A stretch of DNA of 64,000 nucleotides from a virus (IMGVR_UViG_3300044991_001618:32001-96000), one strand, 5' to 3'. Positions 9,290 through 18,520 are shown, numbered from the stretch's first letter. Notes: generated by a model from the letters alone, not told the origin. A program made the numbers and translations.

Positions 9290-9996
9290 TATCTAACTAT
9301 TTTTCCTTTTATAAATCCAGGTTGAATCATCTTTCTTAATCTATAATTACTAATTTCATCTAAATGGGAAAGATTCAACATTATAGATCCATAAACTTTC
9401 AATCCTTTTGGTAATGAGGTTAAATCTGTTAGTCTTAAATCCAAATCACCACCAACTTTTAAACCTTCTGGCAATGATTGTATATTTTTACAACCAAATA
9501 ACACCAAATCTTTCCTAACTTCAAGTCCTTCTGGTAATGAAGTTATTTTTGTATTATTTAAAACTAAATGCCCTCCAACTTTCAATCCTTCTGGTAATGA
9601 AGTTATTTTTGTATTATTTAAATACAAATCCCTACCAACTTTCAATCCTTTTGGTAGCAAGGTTATATCTGTATTAGATGAAAACAAATCACCACCAACT
9701 TCCAATCCTTCAGGTAATGATGTTATTTTTGTTGAACCTAAATTCAAATTACCCCCAACTTTCAAACCTTCTGGCAATGAGGTTATTTTTGATCTTCTTA
9801 AATCGAAATTACCACCAACTTTCAAACCTTCTGGTAATGAGGTTATTGTTGTTTCATAAAACCACAAATTACCTATAACATCTAAATCTTCTTTGGTTAT
9901 TGGCTCATTATTTAATATTTTCCATTTAAATGGTGCTCTATGTTCTCCTTTCTCTTCAAGGAATTCAAATATTCTTTTTAATGTTTCTTTTTCCAT
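9289..9996 (-). CDS. LRR array protein 13 (8 repeats)
   Basis: Same architecture; most homogeneous repeats. Confidence 0.9.
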   Translation of the reverse strand: MEKETLKRIFEFLEEKGEHRAPFKWKILNNEPITKEDLDVIGNLWFYETTITSLPEGLKVGGNFDLRRSKITSLPEGLKVGGNLNLGSTKITSLPEGLEVGGDLFSSNTDITLLPKGLKVGRDLYLNNTKITSLPEGLKVGGHLVLNNTKITSLPEGLEVRKDLVLFGCKNIQSLPEGLKVGGDLDLRLTDLTSLPKGLKVYGSIMLNLSHLDEISNYRLRKMIQPGFIKGKIVR

Positions 9997-10003
9997 TATC
10001 TAA

Positions 10004-11506
10004 TTATTTTTTATTTATAATAAAAAAGTGCAATTGTTTTTTATAAGTGGTAATCTCCCCAGCAATTTGAACCTTTAAATCAACAAAATATTTATTTGGT
10101 ATTTTATCTCTTGTGTCAAAATTAAAATAATATTCATTTGGTGTTCTGTTAAATTCTGTCCAATCTTGAACTTGAACTTGGGTTTCCCCCTCCTTAACAT
10201 AAACACGATAAAATCCTTTAATGTTTGTTAATAATTCACTTGTGCTATATGCTTTTTTAATTATAACCCCAATCTTTCTAACATCAGTATTGAGTATTTT
10301 TTCCCCTTGCATAATGTTATAGAAATCAAAATTATATGTTTCACTTTCTGTTGTCTTTGTTCCAGTTTTAATTCGATTATTTACATCATATAATACAAAT
10401 TCATTTTCAACATTGGGTAATGTAATTCCATTTAAGGTCATCCCACTCCAAACATCAGTAAATACCATAGGTGCTGTATATCCACTAAATACATTTGGTA
10501 CAGATACCTCATACACACCCTTGGTAATTAATTTTGTTGATAAGTTTGTGCAACCAGTAACAACATTCCCATCATTGTCAAATATATTAACAATTGGATT
10601 GTTATCCAAATTTGAATACGAATCTTCATCTGTTACATAAAGATATAATTTATTTACCCTATTCTTAACAAAATTATTTCTATCATCCTTAATCAAATCA
10701 TCATAAGTTGTTAATAGATAAGGTTCATAAAATGTCTGGGTGTGCCTTGAAAAAAAGCCAACAGAATAGCTTTCCGTTAACCCTGTTGCATTTTCATAAG
10801 ATGGGGTATAAGCAATGCCCCAACCAGAATAAGATGTGGTAGAACCGCTTAAAATGGCGTTTATTTCATTTGTCATGTTAAATGAAACATCTTCATTACC
10901 AAATTCAAAATGTTTGGTATCAAGAATGGTCAATCCGCTATAATTAACATTTCCCGTATTTTTATTGTTATAAATACCAGGTTCAGTCCATCCGCTTAAT
11001 GTTTGAGCATTATACCAATTTGAGGGGGTTGATGCAAATGAATTATCATTCTTTATAACTAGGGGATATTTCGCCCCTGACCCTGAATTTAAGTTTTTTG
11101 AATAATCTGTATAATCATAACCTACACCTTCATCCCAATTTTGAACATACCCTGTGCTACCACTACTCAATGGAATTCTAAATAAAACCAAATCAAAGGA
11201 AGATGCTCTACGTTTTTGATTTGGCATTTTCCCATTTAATAAGGATTCATCAAAAGATGCTGAATTTTTTAAGACTAATGTATGTGTGACACTTGACAAT
11301 GAACCGCTAAAAATGATATCATCATTAACTTTATCAATTAGAGGTTCTAAATCTAAATCAAAAATTAGCCTTGTTGGTCCATATGCTGGGATTAAGTAAT
11401 CTGTTGCACCATAAGTTAATTCAATAACAGGGTTTCTACCTGTATTTATTTTTGAATTTGCAATTAAAGTGTTGTTTCTATTAAAATAAGATAGATGAAT
11501 TGACAT
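10004..11506 (-). CDS. Putative virion structural protein
   Basis: 500 aa, S/T/G/N-rich beta-type composition, next to spike gene, TATTTAT upstream. Confidence 0.55.
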   Translation of the reverse strand: MSIHLSYFNRNNTLIANSKINTGRNPVIELTYGATDYLIPAYGPTRLIFDLDLEPLIDKVNDDIIFSGSLSSVTHTLVLKNSASFDESLLNGKMPNQKRRASSFDLVLFRIPLSSGSTGYVQNWDEGVGYDYTDYSKNLNSGSGAKYPLVIKNDNSFASTPSNWYNAQTLSGWTEPGIYNNKNTGNVNYSGLTILDTKHFEFGNEDVSFNMTNEINAILSGSTTSYSGWGIAYTPSYENATGLTESYSVGFFSRHTQTFYEPYLLTTYDDLIKDDRNNFVKNRVNKLYLYVTDEDSYSNLDNNPIVNIFDNDGNVVTGCTNLSTKLITKGVYEVSVPNVFSGYTAPMVFTDVWSGMTLNGITLPNVENEFVLYDVNNRIKTGTKTTESETYNFDFYNIMQGEKILNTDVRKIGVIIKKAYSTSELLTNIKGFYRVYVKEGETQVQVQDWTEFNRTPNEYYFNFDTRDKIPNKYFVDLKVQIAGEITTYKKQLHFFIINKK

Positions 11507-11517
11507 TTTTTTATTTA

Positions 11518-11524
11518 ATAAATA
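11518..11524 (-). promoter_or_regulatory. Candidate late promoter core TATTTAT
   Basis: 11 nt before ATG 11506; would also drive LRR genes 5-13. Confidence 0.5.
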
Positions 11525-13033
11525 TCAATTAATCCTAATTTTTTTGTTTAATATTTTTGTTGTTGCAAGTGAAAACTCACGTAATAGATTTTGAATTGTT
11601 GATCCATCTTCTGTAACAGAAACTGGTGCCTCCCCGGGAAATGGATGTGCATGTGTAACCAAAAATCTAATGATTAAATTAATCAATTCAAGAAGTTCTT
11701 CTCCCCTAATAATTGAAGATGTATTGGGGTCAATACTATCAACAATTTTATCATTATCAATACCATATAAAGTATCTGTTAAATCAATTTTGGATTTGTT
11801 AGGTGAAGGAGTAGTATTGTGGCTTAATAAATAAATTGTGTCAGCACCAATTAAAGCAGATGAATTTTCTTCGTTTATTATTGTATTACCAATAACAACA
11901 CCACTTTCAGTAAAAGTAGGAACAATTGTACTATCTTTTGAATAAATAAATCCTGAACCCCTTTTATTTGAAAATTTATCAAACTTTATTTCATTATATA
12001 TGTCAATAACATTTGTAGATGGTGTTTTAGATAAAAATGTTCCACTCAATCTTAAATAAGTTGAATATCCTGGTCTAAAAAATATTGGGAATTTTATTTC
12101 ATTTTCAAAAAATAATTGTGTTCCATCATCAAGTTTTACACCTGAATTGCATTTTTGAATAAAATCATTAATAAATTTAATTGTATTTTCTTTACTTAAT
12201 TGATTAAACTTAACCCTACATCTAAATATTTTTAAATCATCAATAGTACTATTAATATCCAAATTTTTAATAGCTACTCTTTCATTTTGAATTAAATTAT
12301 ATAAATTAATAAATCCATCAAATTTATCATTTGTAGCATCAGGATTTTGGATAACCCATTCAATCAAGAATTTTGTTCCTAATGTTTTTTCTCTTTCAAG
12401 TTCAATAACTTCTGGGGGATTTTTTACTTTCCTTGATTTAAACTGTGATACTTGAACAAATGACCTATTATAATTTGGTGTAGGAAACTCATTTGGATTC
12501 ATTGACCCCTTGTATTTACCTGCCCTAATTATAACATCATCCTCTTTAACTAAAATGTCAGATGATCCCCTACCAATAATACCAGTATCATTAGGTTCAA
12601 CAAATATGCCTTTAACTTTTGATTTCCTATATGAACCATCAAGATTTTTTAATGTTAATGTTCTTTTAAATCTTCTACCTGAACCAGTTAATATACGAGA
12701 TTCTGTCACAGTATTAGAATCCGCTCGCATAGGAGAATTAAAATCAGATTGAATATAATATTGATTATCAAACTTAAAATCTTTATTTGCATAAATAACC
12801 AATATTCTTTCTCCAGCACTCAAGGGAGCATTTATATAATAAGGCAATAATGGTTTAAATATGAAAGGATCCCTATCCCCCCAGATGTCTGTTTTTTCAT
12901 TAAAATTTGGGTTACTAATTGAATTTAATATATCATCATTTCTATCTGAATCAACCCTAGCCCTAACCCTATTTAATCCTAATGGGTCTTCAATATCAAT
13001 TATCTCCGCTGGAAATAGTACTCTATTGTCCAT
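11525..13033 (-). CDS. Baseplate hub/spike protein (gp5/VgrG-type N-terminal OB fold, C-terminal HxH tip)
   Basis: IIDIEDPLGLNRVRAR N-terminal motif; C-terminal RGEEL...THAHPFPG. Confidence 0.75.
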   Translation of the reverse strand: MDNRVLFPAEIIDIEDPLGLNRVRARVDSDRNDDILNSISNPNFNEKTDIWGDRDPFIFKPLLPYYINAPLSAGERILVIYANKDFKFDNQYYIQSDFNSPMRADSNTVTESRILTGSGRRFKRTLTLKNLDGSYRKSKVKGIFVEPNDTGIIGRGSSDILVKEDDVIIRAGKYKGSMNPNEFPTPNYNRSFVQVSQFKSRKVKNPPEVIELEREKTLGTKFLIEWVIQNPDATNDKFDGFINLYNLIQNERVAIKNLDINSTIDDLKIFRCRVKFNQLSKENTIKFINDFIQKCNSGVKLDDGTQLFFENEIKFPIFFRPGYSTYLRLSGTFLSKTPSTNVIDIYNEIKFDKFSNKRGSGFIYSKDSTIVPTFTESGVVIGNTIINEENSSALIGADTIYLLSHNTTPSPNKSKIDLTDTLYGIDNDKIVDSIDPNTSSIIRGEELLELINLIIRFLVTHAHPFPGEAPVSVTEDGSTIQNLLREFSLATTKILNKKIRIN

Positions 13034-13232
13034 AATTATTTCTTGAATTATATTCTTCTAAAATTTTAGAATAAGCCCCCTCAATCTCATCTAATTTATA
13101 AGTCAGATTGATAACTATATTTTTTGTTTCATTAAATTCCTCAGTCAAACTATCCAAAACATTAATAATTTCACTATTACTTTTATTTTTAATATCCTTA
13201 CAGAATTCAATAATATTTTCATTATTTTTCAT
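13023..13232 (-). CDS. Hypothetical coiled-coil protein
   Basis: Short ORF in operon; likely start 13232. Confidence 0.55.
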   Translation of the reverse strand: MKNNENIIEFCKDIKNKSNSEIINVLDSLTEEFNETKNIVINLTYKLDEIEGAYSKILEEYNSRNNYGQ

Positions 13233-13233
13233 A

Positions 13234-15276
13234 TTAACCATGTCTTTTTTTAGCAAAAACCCTTCCTGTTAATAGGGGGTCAATAAAACCATCAACTGCA
13301 CCATTTGTAATTTCTTCAGAATCCATGCCATTTATAAGTGATTCAGCAAACAATAAAACTCTATTTGGTGAACCATCTAACAAGTTTTCAGTTTTTAAAC
13401 CCAAATTTTGCATTTCAGAAATAACATTTATTTTAGCTCGTTCACTTGAATACCCAGGTAAAAATTGAGCACCAAGTAATAATGGTGCTGGTATTGGTAT
13501 AATTGCTCTTTTACTTAAAACATTAATTGAATTTAATATTTGTCCAATAGATTCAATTACACTTTTACATTTTTTTAAATCAACCTTAATTGATAATATA
13601 CCAAATAAAGATGAAGTCAATGCAAGTATTATTCTTTTTTGTTTGTTGGTGTATTTTTCAAAAATACCTCCAACCACTTTTGACACCATCTTTTTTAATT
13701 TACCCTTCAATATGTTAAATAATTCTTTTAAGAATAATTCCAATATTTTTTTGGTAACATTTTGAATATAAACTTTATATTTTTTTGCAAATATTTCAGC
13801 ACTCCCAATTACTTCTTTTGCATATGATAAATTACTTTTAGCCTCATTTAAATTTTTTTCAGCTTGGTCTTTTAGTTCATTATATTTATCATTAATTGTC
13901 CCTTCAATAACTTGACCCAACACCATTATTGGAAATAATAATTTTGGGCTAATAATAGATTCAATGGTTGCTTTAACAAAAGAAAATAAAGTTGCATTAT
14001 TATTTTGTAAATTATTATTTTGTAATATACTTAATATTCCCTCATTTATTGCATTACTTTTTTCTTGTTCAGATAATCCATCAAATGTATCAATAATATC
14101 TTTTGCAAAATCTCTTATAATCTCATAATCAATTGGCTGATTTAATACCCCACAACTCTCATAATCAATTATTTTATTTTGATAATTATTTATATTCCTA
14201 TCTATTTTTCTTAAATCAATTTCAGAAAATGTGAAAAAATCATCAGTATCATTATCTAGTTCTGATATTTTAGAAATGCCACTAACATTTATTTCTTCAC
14301 TATTGTCAATACATTTATTACAAAATCTTTCAATTAATAACATAAATTTACTTTTCTCCTTTATGTCTGTTTCTGTACTACTTTCTGTAATATCTGCACC
14401 ATCAATAAGATAACTAAATATGTTTTTTATAATATTATTAAAATCAATGATGTCTAATGTATCGTAATAATCAAATATAAATTTACTATAAGAATTAAAT
14501 GTATTATCACCATCCCCCAACAAAGCAACCGCAATAAAATCCCCATCTACATCTAAATCATTTTTTGTTTCATATGAAAAATCAAATAAATCCAATCCAG
14601 AATATCCTTTATAATTTGTACCATATTTTTGATAAAAAGTTTCTTTCTCATTACTTAATCGCTCATATAACTCACGATTAAATGAAAACCCTAAATTGCC
14701 ACCATATCCTTTATATTTATCATTTGTAATGTTTTGACCTATTGTGGTGTTTTTTAGATTTTCATAAAAAAATATACCAGATGTAGAATCTGGACTTTTT
14801 GTTAAATTACCAAATAAATCTAAATTCTTAATAGGGACAAAAACTTTTGATTTTTTGTCCATTTTAAATGATGGCTTAATATATTCATTTTTAGGTATAA
14901 CTGGAAATGTTTGGTCATCTCTACAACCTAATAATTTAATTGCCTCATCAGATAATATTTTTTTTATTTCTGAAAGGTTTTTAACTGTAATATCTGAAAA
15001 TGTCTTTAATAATTTGTTATTAGTATCCAATCCCTCACCATCTATTTTTTTTATATAACTAATTATTTGTTCAAAAACAGAGGGGGCTTTATTGGTCTTT
15101 AAATTGCTTGGGGCTTTATTTATATTAATTGAATTACTTACATTAGAAACAACTTTATCAAAAAAGATTTCACTCTGTCTTCTAGCTGTTTTTGACGCAT
15201 TGTTACTATCTAAGTAAGTTGTATATGCATCAATTTTTTTGCTAATGTTCTTATATTCATTAATTAAATTTGGCAT
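13234..15276 (-). CDS. Large hypothetical protein (possibly tail/baseplate associated)
   Basis: 680-aa ORF in the operon leading to the spike gene. Confidence 0.6.
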   Translation of the reverse strand: MPNLINEYKNISKKIDAYTTYLDSNNASKTARRQSEIFFDKVVSNVSNSININKAPSNLKTNKAPSVFEQIISYIKKIDGEGLDTNNKLLKTFSDITVKNLSEIKKILSDEAIKLLGCRDDQTFPVIPKNEYIKPSFKMDKKSKVFVPIKNLDLFGNLTKSPDSTSGIFFYENLKNTTIGQNITNDKYKGYGGNLGFSFNRELYERLSNEKETFYQKYGTNYKGYSGLDLFDFSYETKNDLDVDGDFIAVALLGDGDNTFNSYSKFIFDYYDTLDIIDFNNIIKNIFSYLIDGADITESSTETDIKEKSKFMLLIERFCNKCIDNSEEINVSGISKISELDNDTDDFFTFSEIDLRKIDRNINNYQNKIIDYESCGVLNQPIDYEIIRDFAKDIIDTFDGLSEQEKSNAINEGILSILQNNNLQNNNATLFSFVKATIESIISPKLLFPIMVLGQVIEGTINDKYNELKDQAEKNLNEAKSNLSYAKEVIGSAEIFAKKYKVYIQNVTKKILELFLKELFNILKGKLKKMVSKVVGGIFEKYTNKQKRIILALTSSLFGILSIKVDLKKCKSVIESIGQILNSINVLSKRAIIPIPAPLLLGAQFLPGYSSERAKINVISEMQNLGLKTENLLDGSPNRVLLFAESLINGMDSEEITNGAVDGFIDPLLTGRVFAKKRHG

Positions 15277-15280
15277 ACCA

Positions 15281-15649
15281 TTACTTTAATGTGTAATTAT
15301 TTGTTAAATCATTATTTATGTCTTTATTTAATAAATTTTCTAATACAGTTTCATCCAAATCTGCAAATGAATAAGATGTTTCATCTTTACTCATTTTTTC
15401 CCAGATACTTGATTGTAATTTAGATAAACTTAATTTTTTTTCAACACACTCATTAATAATTTTTTGTTGCTTTTCAATAACAGGTCCAATCATTGTCATA
15501 TCTTCTGGATCCTTTAACATTGTTAGCATTTTGTTTTGTATTCTAATGGCAGTTGTCCTCTGCTCAACAAGTTCATTGTATATTTCTTGCATTAGATTTA
15601 GAATTGATTCCTTATTAAAAGAAATTTCTTTTTTAACTGGTCTAGCCAT
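15281..15649 (-). CDS. Hypothetical helical protein
   Basis: 122-aa ORF directly after sigma factor. Confidence 0.65.
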   Translation of the reverse strand: MARPVKKEISFNKESILNLMQEIYNELVEQRTTAIRIQNKMLTMLKDPEDMTMIGPVIEKQQKIINECVEKKLSLSKLQSSIWEKMSKDETSYSFADLDETVLENLLNKDINNDLTNNYTLK

Positions 15650-15651
15650 AA

Positions 15652-16386
15652 TTAAACAATTTTATTTATAATAAAAATATAAAGAGATTTAAATTTCTTT
15701 AACGAAACTCGAATCTCTTTAGTTGTTAAGTTTGTCATTTCACGCAATGACAACAAAATTAAATTTTTATTAAACTTTGAATTATCTGTTGCTGTAAATA
15801 TTGTTTCATATTTTTCAAAAACATCTATTAATGCTAATCCTAATTTTCTTTCATTATCAGTTAAAGATTGGGTTTCAACAAAATCTTTTAGTTTAATAGT
15901 ATATTCAACAATAATTAAATCTAAATCAACCACATCATCATCTATGTTATATAACATATCTGGGCGTTCTTCTATTGATGCTGAAATATCTTCATAAGAT
16001 ACCTTTCTGTTGGTTTCTTTTTGGTCTTTTAATATTTGACCCATCAAATAATTTTTACATATCGTACCAAAGTATGAATATGCTTTTTTATTTTTGGATG
16101 GTTTAAATTTATCTACTTTGGTCATAAGAAAAGAATGAACATCAGTATGAATCTCATTGAAGTCCATATCTTTTCTATATAACCTGTATCGTCTAATTAT
16201 TGACGATATCATTTTATCTAAAGGCTTTCTAAGAAATTGGTTGTATATTTTGTTTTTTTCATGTAAAGTATTTGCTGTTAGAAAATCTACAACAGCCTTT
16301 TCTTCCCTTATGTCAAAATAGTTTTCTTTTGGGGTTTTCTTTGTTTTCTTAGTATCATCTATTACATCAATAGTTTGGGTTGTCAT
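15652..16386 (-). CDS. Phage sigma factor, T4 gp55-like (late transcription)
   Basis: Region-2-like KVDKFKPSKNKKAYSYFGTICKNYL (cf. gp55-family FDPEKSxNPFAYFTQI). Confidence 0.7.
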   Translation of the reverse strand: MTTQTIDVIDDTKKTKKTPKENYFDIREEKAVVDFLTANTLHEKNKIYNQFLRKPLDKMISSIIRRYRLYRKDMDFNEIHTDVHSFLMTKVDKFKPSKNKKAYSYFGTICKNYLMGQILKDQKETNRKVSYEDISASIEERPDMLYNIDDDVVDLDLIIVEYTIKLKDFVETQSLTDNERKLGLALIDVFEKYETIFTATDNSKFNKNLILLSLREMTNLTTKEIRVSLKKFKSLYIFIINKIV

Positions 16387-17192
16387 TAAGAATTTTGAAT
16401 TTCGTACTTTATTTTTCTATCAGTTGTAAAAAAATATTCTTTTTTAGCAGTTTGAAGCCAAAATTTAACTTCATCTTCAGTAATTTTATTATCATCATAC
16501 TTATAATTCCAAAATATTGACCCCTCCCTTAAATTGGTATGTTTATATCCCAATCTTGGTATTGTCATAACTGATGTTGAATTATAAGTTAACCTCAATA
16601 AAAATTCATAACTAAATGTTAATTTTATTGATGGCTTAAATCCACCTGTGCTAATAAATATATCCTTTTTCAAAATAATTCCAGAAGTTTGAAAATTTTG
16701 ATATTCTTGTAGGATGTCATTTGTTAAAACTCCCATTTCTTGGGTGAAATTTGCCGCAAATGTTGCTTCATTTGTAAAACCAGCAAATGTTTCTTTTGCA
16801 TCAACATCAACAACAACAGGTAAAAATGCCCCATATTCAGGATAAACTTCTGCATACTTTTTAAAATTCTTAAACCAAATATTTGAATACTCATCATCAA
16901 ATTCAAATAATGAAATCCATTCTGATGAAGCGTTTTCAACGCCATAATTAATTTGCTCACAATAATTTGGTTCAGAATCCCAAGCTAATTTTTTAACATT
17001 AATAGATTTAAAATCATATTCATTTAAATATTTAACAAGAGAATCTTCTTTTGTATGGATAATAACCAATTCATCAAAATCATTTTCTTGTTTCTCCAAT
17101 GACGCAATTGCTTTGGTGAAAAACATATCAAAGTCTTTAACTTTTGATGATTTAATTGGTAATATAATTGATAGTGATAATTTTTTGCTCAT
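16386..17192 (-). CDS. Glycosyltransferase family 2
   Basis: LSIILPI start, NYGVENASSEWISLFEFDD, TGGFKPSI. Confidence 0.8.
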   Translation of the reverse strand: MSKKLSLSIILPIKSSKVKDFDMFFTKAIASLEKQENDFDELVIIHTKEDSLVKYLNEYDFKSINVKKLAWDSEPNYCEQINYGVENASSEWISLFEFDDEYSNIWFKNFKKYAEVYPEYGAFLPVVVDVDAKETFAGFTNEATFAANFTQEMGVLTNDILQEYQNFQTSGIILKKDIFISTGGFKPSIKLTFSYEFLLRLTYNSTSVMTIPRLGYKHTNLREGSIFWNYKYDDNKITEDEVKFWLQTAKKEYFFTTDRKIKYEIQNS

Positions 17193-17193
17193 T

Positions 17194-18240
17194 TTATAAT
17201 TTGTTTAGTTGCTCTTGAAATGCGTTTATTCTATTATCAAAATATGAATTAAAACAATTGATAACTGTTGATGTGAATTTATCCTTATCTTTATACATAT
17301 TAGATGTCTTTTCTATCTCTTCATATAGTTCAGGTGTTATACTGTCTTCCAACCAATTCTGAATAAATTCGGCAATATAATCAACCATTTTTAATTTGTC
17401 TTGTATCCAAATGCCGTTTTTATCATTCATCCATTCAGGTATTAAATCTGGTATTCTACCAATAACTGGAATACCACAAGCCATAGATTCTAATGGATAT
17501 GTTCCAAAACCACTAATATCATCAATCCAAACGCTTAAAAAACAATTCTTTAAAGAATTAGCAAATTCACTTTGGCTAAGACCCCTCATATCCCTAAATG
17601 TGAACCACCTAAATTGGGGGTATTTTAAATAAAATTGTTTAACAATATTAATTGTATCAGTCTGCTCTCTTGTGTGAACAGCAATAATTGGCATTGGGGG
17701 TACTTTTGGTTTATCAAATAAATCTGAAATTACTGGGGTAATAATGTCATAAGACATTTTCTTCATATATGAATCTAGTTCATCCTTTTGTTTTTCAGAA
17801 GTTGTTATACATTTTAAAAATCCTAATGAAGGCCAACTTTGCCCTGGTTGTAATGTATCTAAAACATAAGAGTAAGATTGCATCAATACAATTTTACCAC
17901 AAGGCAAATCTTTTATTTGTTCCATAATAAATCCATATATTTCTGGAAGTACAATAAAATCTTCTGGACTAATTTCCAAATTCTCCCCCTCAATTGAACG
18001 GTGGGGTAATGAGGTCATATAACTTTCGTCAAGCCAAGAAGCAACACCTGAATAATCTTTCTTTTCGTGTAATATAATAGGATTGAAGCCGTTATCTTTT
18101 AATGATAATGCCACATCGTATATATATTTTATGGATGCCCTAGCATTTCCTTTTGTGTCTTGAGCCACAAAATAAATCCTTGATTTCTTATCTTTTAAGA
18201 TATTTAAAGAATTTTCAATTTTTGGTTTAATATCATTCAT
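17194..18240 (-). CDS. GT-B (GT4-like) glycosyltransferase
   Basis: GFGTYPLESMACGIPVIG motif. Confidence 0.75.
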   Translation of the reverse strand: MNDIKPKIENSLNILKDKKSRIYFVAQDTKGNARASIKYIYDVALSLKDNGFNPIILHEKKDYSGVASWLDESYMTSLPHRSIEGENLEISPEDFIVLPEIYGFIMEQIKDLPCGKIVLMQSYSYVLDTLQPGQSWPSLGFLKCITTSEKQKDELDSYMKKMSYDIITPVISDLFDKPKVPPMPIIAVHTREQTDTINIVKQFYLKYPQFRWFTFRDMRGLSQSEFANSLKNCFLSVWIDDISGFGTYPLESMACGIPVIGRIPDLIPEWMNDKNGIWIQDKLKMVDYIAEFIQNWLEDSITPELYEEIEKTSNMYKDKDKFTSTVINCFNSYFDNRINAFQEQLNKL

Positions 18241-18241
18241 G

Positions 18242-18520
18242 TTAATATTTGTTTATTATCTTTTTGTTTAATAATGTATTAAATGCCAATTTAAATGGTA
18301 GAGTCAAGTTATTACCTGAACTTAATCCAAGTTTTTCATCAATGTCATCATTCTCTGTTAGAATAACATCTAACATTAGTTTTACAAGTTCATATTTTAT
18401 AATATTTATTTTTGTATCTGTTGTACCTGTTATTTCTATTGATGCAACTTCTGTCATATCAACATACTTTTCAACAATATCTAAATCAACATAATAATGT
18501 TCTCCTAAAATTTTTAACAT
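18242..18520 (-). CDS. Hypothetical protein
   Basis: 92-aa ORF in operon. Confidence 0.6.
   Translation of the reverse strand: MLKILGEHYYVDLDIVEKYVDMTEVASIEITGTTDTKINIIKYELVKLMLDVILTENDDIDEKLGLSSGNNLTLPFKLAFNTLLNKKIINKY

Larger units (their letters stand above)
2524..9996 (-). repeat. Tandem array of 13 paralogous LRR genes built from 60/63-nt coding repeats
   Basis: About 64 copies of SLP(E/K)GLKVGGxLxLxx(S/T)xIx (DNA core on + strand AACTTTCAATCCTT(C/T)TGGTAATGA); genes share N- and C-caps; interrupted once (4609-5170). Confidence 0.95.

Noticed and set aside
2903-9878. Many + strand ORFs over the LRR array
   Set aside because: Antisense shadows of repetitive codons (TFNPFGN repeats), fully overlapping real genes
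2524-9996. CRISPR-like periodicity (~25-nt conserved core + ~35-nt variable segment)
   Set aside because: Period is almost always 60/63 nt and in frame, the core varies at codon level, the variable parts keep an LxL pattern, and there are no cas genes; these are coding LRRs
2524-9996. Diversity-generating retroelement as the source of LRR variation
   Set aside because: No reverse transcriptase or non-coding template repeat in the window; differences between near-identical blocks are not adenine-restricted
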